Source: Liolophura sinensis (taxonomy: Eukaryota). From it: DNA of 64,000 nt. Under the pieces are notes generated by a model that was not told the DNA's origin, did not search any database, and saw only the letters and a program-made list of their open reading frames with translations. The stretch covers positions 28,756,498 to 28,820,497 of the forward strand of contig NC_088295.1 of the NCBI RefSeq assembly GCF_032854445.1. Direction: 5' to 3'. This document shows positions 21,532 to 34,331 of this stretch, in pieces. Within the stretch, counting starts at the first letter, position 1; every line of letters starts with the position of its first letter. The translations under genes and the position numbers were made by a program.

Positions 21532-22392
21532 GTGAGTCAGCAGTGTTGTGATTTGGCAGTTGTTATATTAGTGAAGTATGTGTGAAACTTGGATTTAGTA
21601 TGGGTGGTAAGAGTCAGAATGTTTGAACTTTCCTAGTCATCAGTGTGATATCCTCACCAGAATTTTACACTGTCCATCCTTCCATGAAGTGAAAAAAAAA
21701 AATCAATTTCCACATTGTATTAAAAAGCAAATTTCAGACTTGTGTCCACCTTAATTTGTATGAGATGACTGAGAAAGATGCAGGGAGATGAGTGTACTAA
21801 TACATCAAAGGGAGGTAACTGTGTCACAAGTGGATTATTTGTTGGAGACGTGATAACAAGTCCTGGTTTCATGAAGTGCGCTTAGCTAGGCAATCCAAAT
21901 ACCCTAAATGCTCAAAATCCTTAACAATTTTGACAATGTGACGTGTTGCATGTTTTTGCATATTACAGGCATCTTACCTGATCAGGACAGGTTATTATAT
22001 AATTTCTATGAAGTTCATATATGCCCCTACCTAGACAAAACATTTTAGTCAGCAAAATCTAATGAATTTTGTTTTCATATTGCTTCAAACATTATACTCT
22101 GCTGGTCAGATTGATGATAATTTAGATATCTTGACAACTGCAGTGGCATATGTAGACGCTTGCTTGGCACTCTGTAGTAGGGAATGTCAAGACTTGTATT
22201 GTTGCATGCGGAGAACTACCATGTCAGTGCGTCATGGCTTTCTTTGTAGTTGTCATGGTACTTTATTAGTTAAATGTATGTGCAGGTAACTATGTGCCTC
22301 TGGTTCCAGGGTGTGACTGGGTCAGTTCATAGTGTTGAATTTAGTTCATATTTGGTCAACTGCTCTTCATGTAAGGAAGGTCTGATGAGATA

Positions 22393-22518
22393 TATTTATT
22401 TATTTGATTGGTGTTTTACACAGTACTCAAGAATATTTCACTTATACAATGGCGGCCAGCATTATGGTGGGAGGAAAGTGGTAACCTATGACCATCGGCA
22501 GGTTGCTGGTCTGGCAAG
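22393..22518 (-). mobile_element. SINE, partial (minus orientation). UHRF1 intron 16.
   Basis: The sequence is atttatttatttgattggtgttttacacagtactcaagaatatttcacttatacaatggcggccagcattatggtgggaggaaag... Confidence 0.7.
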
Positions 22519-23021
22519 AGTTTTAGTGATCATTACGAGTGAAGGGGGCAGTGCAGAACACAAGGTGTCTTCTGCAGTTAGATCAAATACTTCACATTAG
22601 GAAAGGAAATAGTTTTCAAATGGCAATGGGGAATATGGGCCAAAATATTAGAAACAATGGAAATTGAAATTTAAAGTTTGTGGCAATGCCCATCTTGCAC
22701 ATAAATGGTAAATTCTGTATGTAAGGACTTAATACTGCCACAGCTAAAGTTTGACTGAATTAACTAAATTTGTTGTTGTTAACATAAGTCTGAAAGACAG
22801 TTGTCGTCATTGACACCCTCAAGATTTTGAAATTTTACTGAAATGTTGTTGTGCCTGCTCTCACAGTTCATGGGTCCAGGTAAGAATAAGAGATTAAATG
22901 TTGTCATGTGGCTCTGCAGTTTTGTGGAAAACCAGTTGTCTTCCACTAACCAGTATGTTGTTAATGGAAAAGTTAGTAATTCACTGATACTCCAGTTTTC
23001 TCCACTCATAAAAAAAAAAAA

Positions 23022-23075
23022 AAAAAATTCTTGAGTATGCCTTCAAACTAAATCAAATAAATAAACCAATAAATC
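23022..23075 (+). mobile_element. SINE 3'-tail fragment preceded by an A19 tract. It lies 25 bp upstream of the UHRF1 exon 17 acceptor.
   Basis: The sequence is aaaaaaaaaaaaaaaaaaattcttgagtatgccttcaaactaaatcaaataaataaaccaataaatc. Confidence 0.5.
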
Positions 23076-23099
23076 AGATGGTTATGTTTGTCATTGTAG

Positions 23100-23246
23100 G
23101 ATTGTTTGAAGCGTTCCTTCAAGGCAGAGGTGTACACCTGTCCAGCGTGTAGGACGGAACTGGGCAAGGACTATAGTATGCCTGTGAACAAAGCCCTCAA
23201 ATCTGCACTAACAACACTCTTCCCCGGTTATGAAGCTGGCAGATAA
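23100..23246 (+). CDS. UHRF1: UHRF1 exon 17 (C-terminal half of the RING finger plus the stop): DCLKRSFKAEVYTCPACRTELGKDYSMPVNKALKSALTTLFPGYEAGR*
   Basis: The acceptor is tcattgtAG. The TAA stop is at 23244-23246. It matches vertebrate [48 protein letters not shown]. Confidence 0.88.
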   Translation, partial: DCLKRSFKAEVYTCPACRTELGKDYSMPVNKALKSALTTLFPGYEAGR

Positions 23247-24592
23247 GCTGGGTCATTCAGAGGACAGAAATCTTGCTCATTGTTTACAGTTTTAAATTTA
23301 ACTTAACCACATCAGCGAACAATGGAGTGTACAATGTAGTCATTACCTCATATTCATTGTATTTTTTGGTCATTTTGCTGTGTACAGCCATTTTTTCCTG
23401 TCTCAACCAATGAAGTTCAAGGATTTGTCATGACTACTGCTCTGCCTCAACAAATGAAGTTTGGTTTTTTCTTTTAATGTTTTCTTTTTTCTTATATTTT
23501 GAAGAATATGGTTCAACACATTTTTATTGCATTTGTTAATTCACATTGATGCATTTATTAATTTAGACATTTTCATGATCAATTTTGGCTTTGCTTAGTT
23601 TCTTAGTTCAATATCATGTAAATTTATGTTTTATTTTGATTGCCATTGTGAAAGTGACCATACAATCTCAGCAACATTCCTCCCTAAATTTTTGCTTTGT
23701 TTTCAGAATATATATTTTAAGGATGTCATTTTTTTATGCAATCAGGCATTTTTATGAAACCAGCTAGTGATGTCTAATTTTTTAGCATGGCATATCTTGT
23801 ACGGATTGCACATAATTTTACCTCATGTTCTGCTTTAGGACGCGTGTAATTTTGAACACATCTGTATATTTACACCAGAAACAAAAATGATATATCAAGC
23901 TTTCCACAGAATGTGCATGTTTGTATTAAACACCTGTTCAAAAAAGAGAATGCTATCATTTTGAGGGAAAGATATATAAAGTCCTGGATGCCTTCTTCTG
24001 GTTTTGGATCAGTTTAACATTTAAAAAAGTACATCTAGTTTGTAAGAAATCTGACTAGTTCAAGGATAAAGTTTTATATCATAGTTTTAATTTTCATCGG
24101 ATTTACAACTTATTACCCCTCAGATGTGCATCTTTTAAACTGGAATGTTACCATATATTGTTTGAAGATCTGTGTCAGCCTTTTAAGTTTACTTCTCTCT
24201 CAAAAAGGTAACTGGATTTGTTTAAAGCAGGCATCTTAGTTTTATTTCAGTATTGTGTAATCAAGGGTATGCATCTTCATATACATCCTTATTATGTTTT
24301 TAACCGTCGCGTGATGTTTAGTGGGTAACTTTACCAATGACTTTATCTGATCTGATATGACTTAACCTCAGTCTAACATTCCTGGTATAGCTGTTAGCGA
24401 TGAGTTCATCTGTACTTTGCACTGACGTTTTTAACAGATATTTGACTAAAATATTTTTGTTTTGTTTTCTGTAGGTGATTTTTAGAAGACATGAGAAATA
24501 TAAATACAGCCTGTCTAATAGATTTAGTAGATATAGTGTGGAAATCACCAATTTACCACGTTTTAACCATTTAAAATACAAAATATCATGAC

Positions 24593-24598
24593 AATAAA
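24593..24598 (+). terminator. Candidate UHRF1 polyadenylation signal (AATAAA), about 1.35 kb downstream of the stop
   Basis: This is the first canonical AATAAA after a long AT-rich 3' region, and it is followed by a T/GT-rich run. I found no stronger signal nearer the stop. Confidence 0.25.
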
Positions 24599-24825
24599 CT
24601 ATGTTGTATATATATATATATGGTTGAATTTATAATTAATCTACGTTCACATTCTATCCTTGTTCACATGCTATAAGCTAAATAAAGGTTTATATACACA
24701 AGTCCTCCAGTTGCGAGACTTTGTTTCTTGAAGGGATAGAATTGCGCTGATTGACATTGGATAGGGTTTCCTAGGTTAAATCTTGCAGCCTTTTTTAGAT
24801 TTACTAAAGCTCCTGTAAACTTCAT

Positions 24826-24960
24826 TTGATGGCATTTTACGCCATACCCAATAATATTTCACTTTTACGGTAGCTGTCAGCATTATGGTGGGAGGGAACC
24901 GGGCAAAGCCTGCAGAAGCACAATCCTCCACTGGTTGCTGGTAGACCTTCCCACGTAGGA
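24826..24960 (-). mobile_element. SINE, partial (minus orientation)
   Basis: The sequence is ggcattttacgccatacccaataatatttcacttttacggtagctgtcagcattatggtgggagggaaccgggcaaagcctgcag...ccttcccacgtagg. Confidence 0.7.
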
Positions 24961-26124
24961 CAATAACCCTTTGAGTAACAATTGAAACGTCCCCTGCTCT
25001 CATTCTTCATGGAGCCAACAGATAAACACTTGGCGATGCTTGTGGGGCCGTTCACACTATTGTTGATTTCCACCAGTATGTTCATGTCTAGCCTGCATGT
25101 GGAAAAGTGTCGGTGACTTGCCAAAGGACGGTGATAAAACTCAGTTAAAGGAACAGGTTGTAGAATGCTGTGGCCATTACAGACTTATCTCAAAATACTA
25201 AAAGTAACAAAACTATGTTTGGCTATTGACAAAATTCGTTGTAATTTGCACTAATGCATATAAATCATCTATTCAGAACATAAGTTTAGATATCAAAGAA
25301 AAAAAGCATGCTGTATGAACGTCATTGGCACAGAACAACACCTTTAATGTAGTACATAGGCCTGGGAATAAGGCACAACTCGCATTTATTTTTTTTATTT
25401 ATATTTTTTTTTTCAAGAAAGGCCTATTAAAAAGATTTGTAGGGTCTGTTAAATAGCAGTATTCATTTTGATCATGACCACTTACGTTTAATCTTATAGG
25501 CTACGTCATGGTGTTCCTCTTGAATTATTCCAGATTTTAAAGTTATTTTTTGTTTTCATCATAACATAATATCCCTTTTTTCTCCAATAATATTATTCTC
25601 TCCCAAGACTCCAAAACTGCTTCACATAAAACAGTAGAAGAAAGAAGAATGTACGAAGTTATTCTACATGTTAAAAATTGCTGAAAATGCCAAACGGAAA
25701 TTCATGGAGCATTTTGTTGATAAATGCTCATCTTTTGATGACGTCATTAATTGGTAAGCATGTCGTGTAAAATTTGACCGTAGGAAAATTTAGGCGCGAC
25801 GTTTGTCGTTCTAACGAGCACGCGCATGGCGGGGGCTTCGATTTAAGAGGTGGTAAATCTCAAGCGTTGTCAAAACGAGCGCGTTTACATTTGTTTCGTC
25901 GTACTCATTGGCTCCTTTTATCGATGTATTTATTCATAAAAATTTCAGATAACCGAAAGAATAAACATCTGCTGTGCAAAATTGTGATTTTGTGTTGGAA
26001 GAAACAAAAACTTTTGCGAGTTTTTACATGTCTACCATGTCATTTGTTTACCAGTGGCAGTGGGTAGTATAGTCCCTAGGCATGGATAGGTTTGAGCATG
26101 GATTCCTAAAGTTTAAAGCATTAC

Positions 26125-26320
26125 ATGACAATGGAACTATCATATTTGAAAGTTAGGCACATTTTGATTATTTTTCCAGAAACAAATTCTTACCATAAAG
26201 CTATATTATTCACTATTCATGCTAAAATTTCATTCAAGGCTTATCTCGCCTGGATTAAATTCGGTTCAGTTTGTTTTAACCTTCAATGCTTTAGTCACGT
26301 GAGTAAAGATGGAGCGTACT
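26125..26320 (+). repeat. Dispersed repeat family A, copy 2
   Basis: See copy 1 (1950-2130). Same orientation. Confidence 0.6.
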
Positions 26321-29300
26321 GACGATTGGCTCCGAGCAGCTATGACATCACTTCAAAACTGTGAGGTTAGAGGTCCGTCAGCAGACTCATTACAGACAGA
26401 CATAGCTGACAGACGACAGTGACTGTCAGCTGATGTGGAAATTGTCTGACCACAAAACTTTACTTGTCCCATAGGTGCAGGCATGGATGTAGAAAATTCA
26501 GCATTCCCATGAGAGGGGTATTCCACTAATTAGTCTAGCACCCTACCCTCTATGTGCAGTTGTGCAGTTGTCAGGAAGCAACCTGCAGGATTTGAAAAAA
26601 ACAAAACAAAAACTCTTCTTTCAAGGCAGTGCAGAAGAGCACAGCAGAGCATGTAAATCAGTGTAGATGGCAGAAAAGTAATTAAGATACCGGGTAAAAC
26701 AAAAAGGCAATCTTGTCAATCAGACTTGCCTTAGTACAAGTATGAAGGTGTTGATTGTAGCTCAAGAAATCTTACGCAAAATGGATATTCACCCTGTAGT
26801 AAGCAAGACGCAGTTAGAATAAGTCACAGGCTCTGAAGTGAAAATAGTACCCAAACTTTGTGCTCTGTGAGATCTGCTGACATTTTGACCAAAAAATGGA
26901 TGACTGGCCTAAATGTGAATGTTACTTGTTGAAATCAATCATTGAAATGCTTTCAAACTTGGCTATTGCCTTGTCATGGTTGAGATGCTCATTAGGATTG
27001 TATTTTATTGCTCTTCATGTCGTTCTATCTATCTGTAACTATCCATAGAATGTGACATATATACTGAAATCAACTCAAGGAATTGTTTTCAAACTTGGAC
27101 GGTGCTGTGTCATTGTCAAGACAGTTGTCATTGTGTTTTACAGCCCTCTGTGATCCAAGATGACTGCTTTTGATTATCTTATTGAACTTTGATTCATTTG
27201 TCTGCAACCTAGCTGTGAAACAGAAAGTGAATCATTCCTCCAAGCATACTCCACTGGAGGTGGGAGTCAGGTTCTAGTTCTGCCCGAGCCATTATGCTGA
27301 TACAGGTCAACCACTTGTTGTACTATCCCCTTAATGCTGAATGCTAAGCGAGGAAGCTAGAACTTCCTCTTTTAAGGTCTAAGGTGTGACCCAAGTCAGG
27401 ATTGCCCCTGATCTACTGCCCCTGAAATGGAGGCTCAGCAAGCTTCAGAGAAAGTATGTAACCAAAACATTGTGAGGGGAGGTGAAGAATATATAACCTT
27501 TCCCTGACTCACACCTTGTAGCATAAGAACAGCTTAGTAGGTTATTGTTATATTAATTGCTTCCCCTGCCTAGTGCTAGCTACAAATTATTTGTTCTGGT
27601 ATTTATGTTAAGCTGATTATGTTGGTACTATATACACAGGTGTCCCAGAACAGAAGTAACAGTGGACAACTTTGGTATGGCAGGTATGAAGTGATTAACC
27701 CCAAACCTCTGACCATGTGGCCCACACAGGTGCCCCTCACCCCGAGGGCTATGTTGATAAACCTGCAACTATTACCCTTTCTTACCTCAATGTCCAAGAT
27801 GGTTCAACATGTTCTTGCAAGCCTGAGCTCATAGTAATGTCAACTGACCAAGCACCAGAGGTATGTGTATTATAATGTTTCATTTCTTGTCTAAATGTTA
27901 AAATTGCTCAGCCTGGTGATTAGACTCTTTATGATACAGTTTGAGCTGTTGTTATACATGTACAGTGCACACACTCGTTTCTTGCATGTATATATCTTGA
28001 ACCACCTTGGGTTGTTATGATCAGACTGTACCCTAACATGGTGACTACAATGTGGGGGGAAATGGTGCACATGTAGGAAATTTTGGGGAAAGTCATTGTC
28101 GTTGGGCATATAGAAGAAAAAGACAACAAATAGTACAACCTATCTATTTAGGGAGAGTGGTGAAAACAAACTTAAATGGCCACAGAAATTTGTTTTTGTG
28201 ATGTGCGTGCTAGCCGCAGAAATCAACTTTTAATCAGGAATTCTTGTTAGGCCATGTGAGAGCAACCAGAAACACAGTGTCACTTGAATCACTCATATAA
28301 CAACTATATATGGTTAAAAGGCCAAACAGGGTTTGAGTGACGTAAGTGGAAACTGTTCATCGTAAAAATGTCAAGCAAAATGTGTACAAACTTTACTATG
28401 AGAGCTACTACAGAAGGGATATACATGTTTATGCCTTGCACACTGCTCCAGCTGTCCTTCATTCTAGGACAACATATTGGGATTACAGTAATTGTCATAT
28501 ACATGAACAAAGTATAATATTCTATATGGCAAAAATGCTAACTCTGAAAGGGTTAACACTATTGGTGAGATTGCCTGGTGACACTAGTCGTCACACTTTC
28601 ATTTTCCTGCTCAGGAAAATGTCTTTATTTCCATTTTATGTGGAATGGATGAACAGTGGCAGAAATACAGTGAGCATCGATCATGTTTGAATTGATCAAA
28701 TCTGTTGAAGGAAACAATAGTGAGTATCAATCATGTTTGAATTGATCAAATCTGTTTAAGAAAACAGATTTTCAGCATGTTGTTTTACTGTAAATCTTCA
28801 ACATTTTCGACCTCTAAAGTACTTCTCATTGGAATTTATGCGTGCATTTATCATGAAAAAAAAAGATTTGTTTGTGTTAGATACAAGCTGCAAAAACTAT
28901 GCATATTATTTCTCTACACCCCAAAGCTACACTCCAGGAATGGTCAAAAATATTGGTGATATTGGTGGTAGTGGTGGTTAAATAGGTTCGATAATTAGGG
29001 TGTACTAAATGTAGCTGGCAGCAACTTGAACTCAATGTTGTTTTTTTTTTACGTGTTTTTTTTTTTTTTAATGAATACTAGTATGGTCATGGTCGCACTG
29101 GCCATACTGCCTCCTTTGCCATTGAGTATGGTGTGTAAGTCTGCATATCACACCTATTAAAGTATAGCAACATCTTGCCAATGGTCAGTGATTTGCCTCA
29201 CAAAGTCCATTTAATTTCCTTGGCTGAGACAACAGACCTCTACTGTATAGGCAAAAATTTTGGGGTTTTTCAAATATCATCAATCAAATAAGTAATATAA

Positions 29301-29456
29301 TGCATGTATAGATGCCCAGTCAGTATTATATTGGATTTCATACTCATATATCTTGTAAGTTTTCAAGTAGTTTATATGTGGGCTTAACCTAAACAAGTCT
29401 TTCTTATGAACAAATGTAAATATGTATGAAAAAATGATTTTAAATGGAAATGGCCC

Positions 29457-30636
29457 TAATTTAAGTGATGAAACATGTACAGATGTGTGTGGTATTACCT
29501 GTTTGTTGCACATTTAGTTGTACACATACTTAAGTGATGATACATGTGCAGATGTGTGTGGTATTACCTGTTTGTTGCACATTTAGTTGTACGCATACTT
29601 AAGTGATGATACATGTGCAGATGTGTGTGGTATTACCTGTTTGTTGCACATTTAGTTGTACGCATACTTAAGTGATGATACATGTGCAGATGTGTGTGGT
29701 ATTACCTGTTTGTTGCACATTTAGTTGTACGCATACTTAAGTGATGATACACATGCAGATGTGTGTGGTATTACCTGTTTGTTGCACATTTAGTTGTACG
29801 CATACTTAAGTGATGATACACATGCAGATGTGTGTGGTATTACCTGTTTGTTGCACATTTAGTTGTACGCATACTTAAGTGATGATACACGTGCAGATGT
29901 GTGTGGTATTACCTGTTTGTTGCACATTTAGTTGTACGCATACTTAAGTGATGATACACGTGCAGATGTGTGTGGTATTACCTGTTTGTTGCACATTTAG
30001 TTGTACGCATACTTAAGTGATGATACACGTGCAGATGTGTGTGGTATTACCTGTTTGTTGCACATTTAGTTGTACGCATACTTAAGTGATGATACACGTG
30101 CAGATGTGTGTGGTATTACCTGTTTGTTGCACATTTAGTTGTACGCATACTTAAGTGATGATACACGTGCAGATGTGTGTGGTATTACCTGTTTGTTGCA
30201 CATTTAGTTGTACGCATACTTAAGTGATGATACACGTGCAGATGTGTGTGGTATTACCTGTTTGTTGCACATTTAGTTGTACGCATACTTAAGTGATGAT
30301 ACACGTGCAGATGTGTGTGGTATTACCTGTTTGTTGCACATTTAGTTGTACGCATACTTAAGTGATGATACATGTGCAGATGTGTGTGGTATTACCTGTT
30401 TGTTGCACATTTAGTTGTACACATACTTAAGTGATGATACATGTGCAGATGTGTGTGGTATTACCTGTTTGTTGCACATTTAGTTGTACACATACTTAAG
30501 TGATGATACATGTGCAGATGTGTGTGGTATTACCTGTTTGTTGCACATTTAGTTGTACACATACTTAAGTGATGATACATATACAGATGTGTGTGGTATT
30601 ACCTGTTTGTTGCACATTTAGTTGTACACATACTTC
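29457..30636. repeat. Satellite or minisatellite array of about 17 units of 69 bp (acttaagtgatgatacacgtgcagatgtgtgtggtattacctgtttgttgcacatttagttgtacgcat). The units are almost identical to each other.
   Basis: Repeated directly in tandem. Only 2 or 3 variable positions (catg/cacatg/cacgtg and acgcat/acacat) distinguish array edges from array centre. Confidence 0.92.
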
Positions 30637-32451
30637 CTAAGATGGCCAAATTATAAACCATGCGTGCAAGGCTTAAATTACTCAGTAGAAACGTGCAAAA
30701 GTTACTTTCTTGCCATGATCTTCCTCTCAAAATTGGCTTTTGTGTTTAACCTCAGATTGTTACACAGTGTTTTTATTAGATCATTTGTGAACCAGTAACA
30801 AAAGCAGAGATTCTTTTGTATTTTTGTTCCATTAACTAGAAACATGAGGGCTTTTTGATGTTTTCATATCCTGGATTTAGATGTTTTTAAAGTCATAGCT
30901 GTCACTTGGGAGCATTTTTGCAAGTTTCAAACAAAGATAATTCTTTATTAATCAGTTTTACAGTGCTAGAAAGCATTAAAATAATGAGATTAAGGTTTTG
31001 TCATGTATTTTTCTGGTTCGTCATCAATTTTCATTTACCAAATTACATTTCTTCCTTTGATTGAAGAAAATAACCTGCAATTTGTGTGTGTTGCATAATT
31101 ATCTTTTAAGACCCACTGATTGGAAGCTTGTCAGTGGTTGTGCTGTATTCTTCTGGGAGTTAGGCCCAGGATCTCTCCACCACAGTGAAATCAGCTATTG
31201 TTTTCGAAGGACAAAAGGCTCGGTGTCCAATGAAATTTGAGGGAGTGATTGTGTGCAAGGGTGCTGTGCGAAGCACTGCGACAGCTGCTGCAGGCAGACT
31301 GGATCATTAGAGCTCTCCTCACGGCAATCAATATATGGGAACTCGGAAAATCGGCATAACTGTACTGCAGTCAGCCTCAGTCTCAACATCAGGCCAGTGG
31401 AGCAGCGTGGGTAATTCCGGAGCCTGTGCTATAAGCTTCTGTCTCGGGTGCGATTGGTCAGCTGAAGTCTAGTCTGTGTAAACACAACGGTATACTGCCG
31501 GTCAAAGACTGGGCACTCTCTTCACAGTCTTAATACAGCAGCAGCCATCGGGTCAGTAGAGACTCAGATTCTGTGGAAACCTGATGTATTGTAGTGGGTG
31601 ATCATCTTACATGTAATCAATGAGGAAGGTGAATTTTGGTGCGAGAGAATAAGGATAATTTGCTCTAGATTGCACTGACACACGTGACAGTTCAGCGAAG
31701 CGCTGCGCCAAGGCAGGGTGAGTCTACAGACGTTTTTTATCAGTAGGGCGGGCTGCTGTGCTATAGCGTCAGTCTGTATGAAGTCACTTTTATATCAAGA
31801 CAGTCTCATTATCATATTATTTGATGTCATCGTTCAGGTAGTTTGGTATCGGTAGGTAATAGATAAAGCCATCTACCTAACTCCTCATTTACCATCAGTA
31901 AAACCTTTTTACAGTTTTGCACTGACAGCCCCTACATGTACATGTATTTGCAGGTGTTGTAAATTTTGACTGGAATATGTAATTCCTATCTACATGTATA
32001 TAATAATGTTATGTCTGTGGCTAGAGTACAAGACTGTTAAAGGACATCATGCTCATGTGTCTTATATATGTAAAGCTTATAGATTTTACACCTACATGTA
32101 TAGCAGGAATTTATAGTGTATTGTTCGTTGGCAGAAAGGTCTTTTGACACACTGTGCCTTTAGGTATAATTTGTTGTGCGATGTGGTGTCTGGCTTTGAT
32201 GGGACCCAGGCCAGCTGTTTCTCTTGACTACATATGTCCCATGTGCCACTGGGTATATCCATTTGTCAACATGTTTTCACAGCGAGGAGTGATTTGTCTG
32301 CTTAGGTGCTGCATTGTGTATTGTAGCTTAATACACTTGGTTGTTCTACTGCATAGATACAGGTATCATCTCTCTGTCATCACGCAGCCTTTATCATATC
32401 AGCATTTTAGTTTAGTCAAGAGTACTTCATGACACAGCTCTAGTGTTCTGA

Positions 32452-32540
32452 ATTATTTATTTATTTGATTGCTGTTTTATGGGGTACTCAGGCACATTTC
32501 ACTTATATAATGGTGGTCAGCATTATTGTGGGATTTTTGG
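32452..32540 (-). mobile_element. SINE 3' fragment (minus orientation)
   Basis: The sequence is ttatttatttatttgattgctgttttatggggtactcaggcacatttcacttatataatggtggtcagcattattgtggg. Confidence 0.55.
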
Positions 32541-33518
32541 AATTAAACAGCTTGTGCTTGTATATTGCCGATGTACTATTTCTATTTTATTGCACAGATA
32601 TACAACATTTCAGTTGCATTATACTACAACTTTTGCAGTATGATTTCAGTTTTAAACTATTGCTATTATAGACTAGTACTGTTAAAGCTTCTAACAGCAC
32701 ATTTAAAATTTCATCATAGATGAACAGATTTTGTTTTGCTCTTGGAGTGCATTTCTTCTTTAATACCAACAGGTATAGATTTAACTGATATTGTTGTGTA
32801 AATACCTTTGTCATGTAAGGTTTACTACAAACAGAGGTAGTAGAAAATGGCATCAGTATGGGATCATGATTGATCCAGACAGGTGTTTTAACTCGAGGAC
32901 TCAAGGCCTTATCATATTTCTGAGGATCTGCTTGTATTGTCAAGCTTCAGCGATGTTACATTTACAAACGTAAAAAATGGTTGATGTCATTTATATGACT
33001 TTCAAGTGCAATATGTGAATTGCACTGAAGCCCTGTAAGGCCAAGTATACATCATACACAAGCATAGCCCTTTGATGTTTTCAGGCCACTACGTGATACA
33101 GCATCATGTCTGGCAGCATCTATTGTTAACTTCTGCCAGGTGTTAAAATGTCCACATAATATACATGCACAGTATATTATTTTCTTATTTGTACATATAA
33201 TATGTCTGATTTAGGGAACTCTTCAGTTTGTTTTTTGCGATGCCTCTTTGCTATATATTTACACTTTTGGAGTAAATTGATAAAACTGGATTTTCTCTGT
33301 TTCTATGTAAGTAAATACAAGTGCCATTGGCCAGCCCATCCCAACAATTTGATATCCCATAATACTTCAGACAGATGAACTTGAATCTTTTTTTATGCTG
33401 AGAAACTGTGGATATAAAGATAATCACTGCTCAAATAGGAAGTTGTACCTCTGATATGTGCATCATCGTGCAGATTTAATATTGGGATGTACGGCCCTCG
33501 GTAACGAGCCTGACAACC

Positions 33519-34331
33519 ATATGGGTAACTGATGCTTGTCAGGGCAAACCAATGGGTAACTGATGTTTGTCAGGGCAAACATATGGGTAACTGATGTTTG
33601 TCGGGGCAAACATATGGGTAACTGATGATTGTCGGGGCAAACATATGGGTAACTGATGCTTGTCAGGGCAGACATATGGGTAACTGATGATTGTCGGGGC
33701 AATCATATGGGTAGCTGATGCTTGTCAGGGCAAACATATGGGTAACTGATGCTTGTCAGGGCAAACATATGGGTAACTGATGTTTGTCAGGGCAAACATA
33801 TGGGTAACTGATGTTTGTCGAGGCAAACATGTGGGTAACTGATGTTTGTCAGGGCAAACATATGGGTAACTGATGATTATCAGGGCAAACATATGGGTAA
33901 CTGATGTTTGTCAGGGCAAACATATGGGTAACTGATGTTTGTCAGGGCAAACATATGGGTAACTGATGTTTGTCGGGGCAAACATATGGGTACCTGAATT
34001 TTGTCAAGGCAAACATATGGGTAACTGATGCTTGTCAGGGCAAGCATATGGGTAACTGATGATTGTCAGGGCAAACATATAGGTAGCTGATGTTTGTCAG
34101 GGCAAACATATGGTTAGCTGATGTTTGTCAGGGCAGACATATGGGTAACTGATGTTTGTCAGGGCAAACATATGGGTAACTGATGTTTGTCAGGGCAAAC
34201 ATATGGGTAACTGATGTTTGTCAGGGCAAACATATGGGTAACTGATGTTTGTCGGGGCAAACATATGGGTAACTGATGCTTGTCAGGGCAAACATATGGG
34301 TAGCTGATGTTTGTCAGGGCAAACATATGGA
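33519..34331. repeat. Minisatellite of about 26 units of 31 bp (catatgggtaactgatgtttgtcagggcaaa)
   Basis: Tandem periodicity with point variants (gatgcttg, gatgtttg, gatgattg; tcaggg, tcgggg). It generates spurious minus-strand ORFs at 33463-33702 and 34159-34374. Confidence 0.9.
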
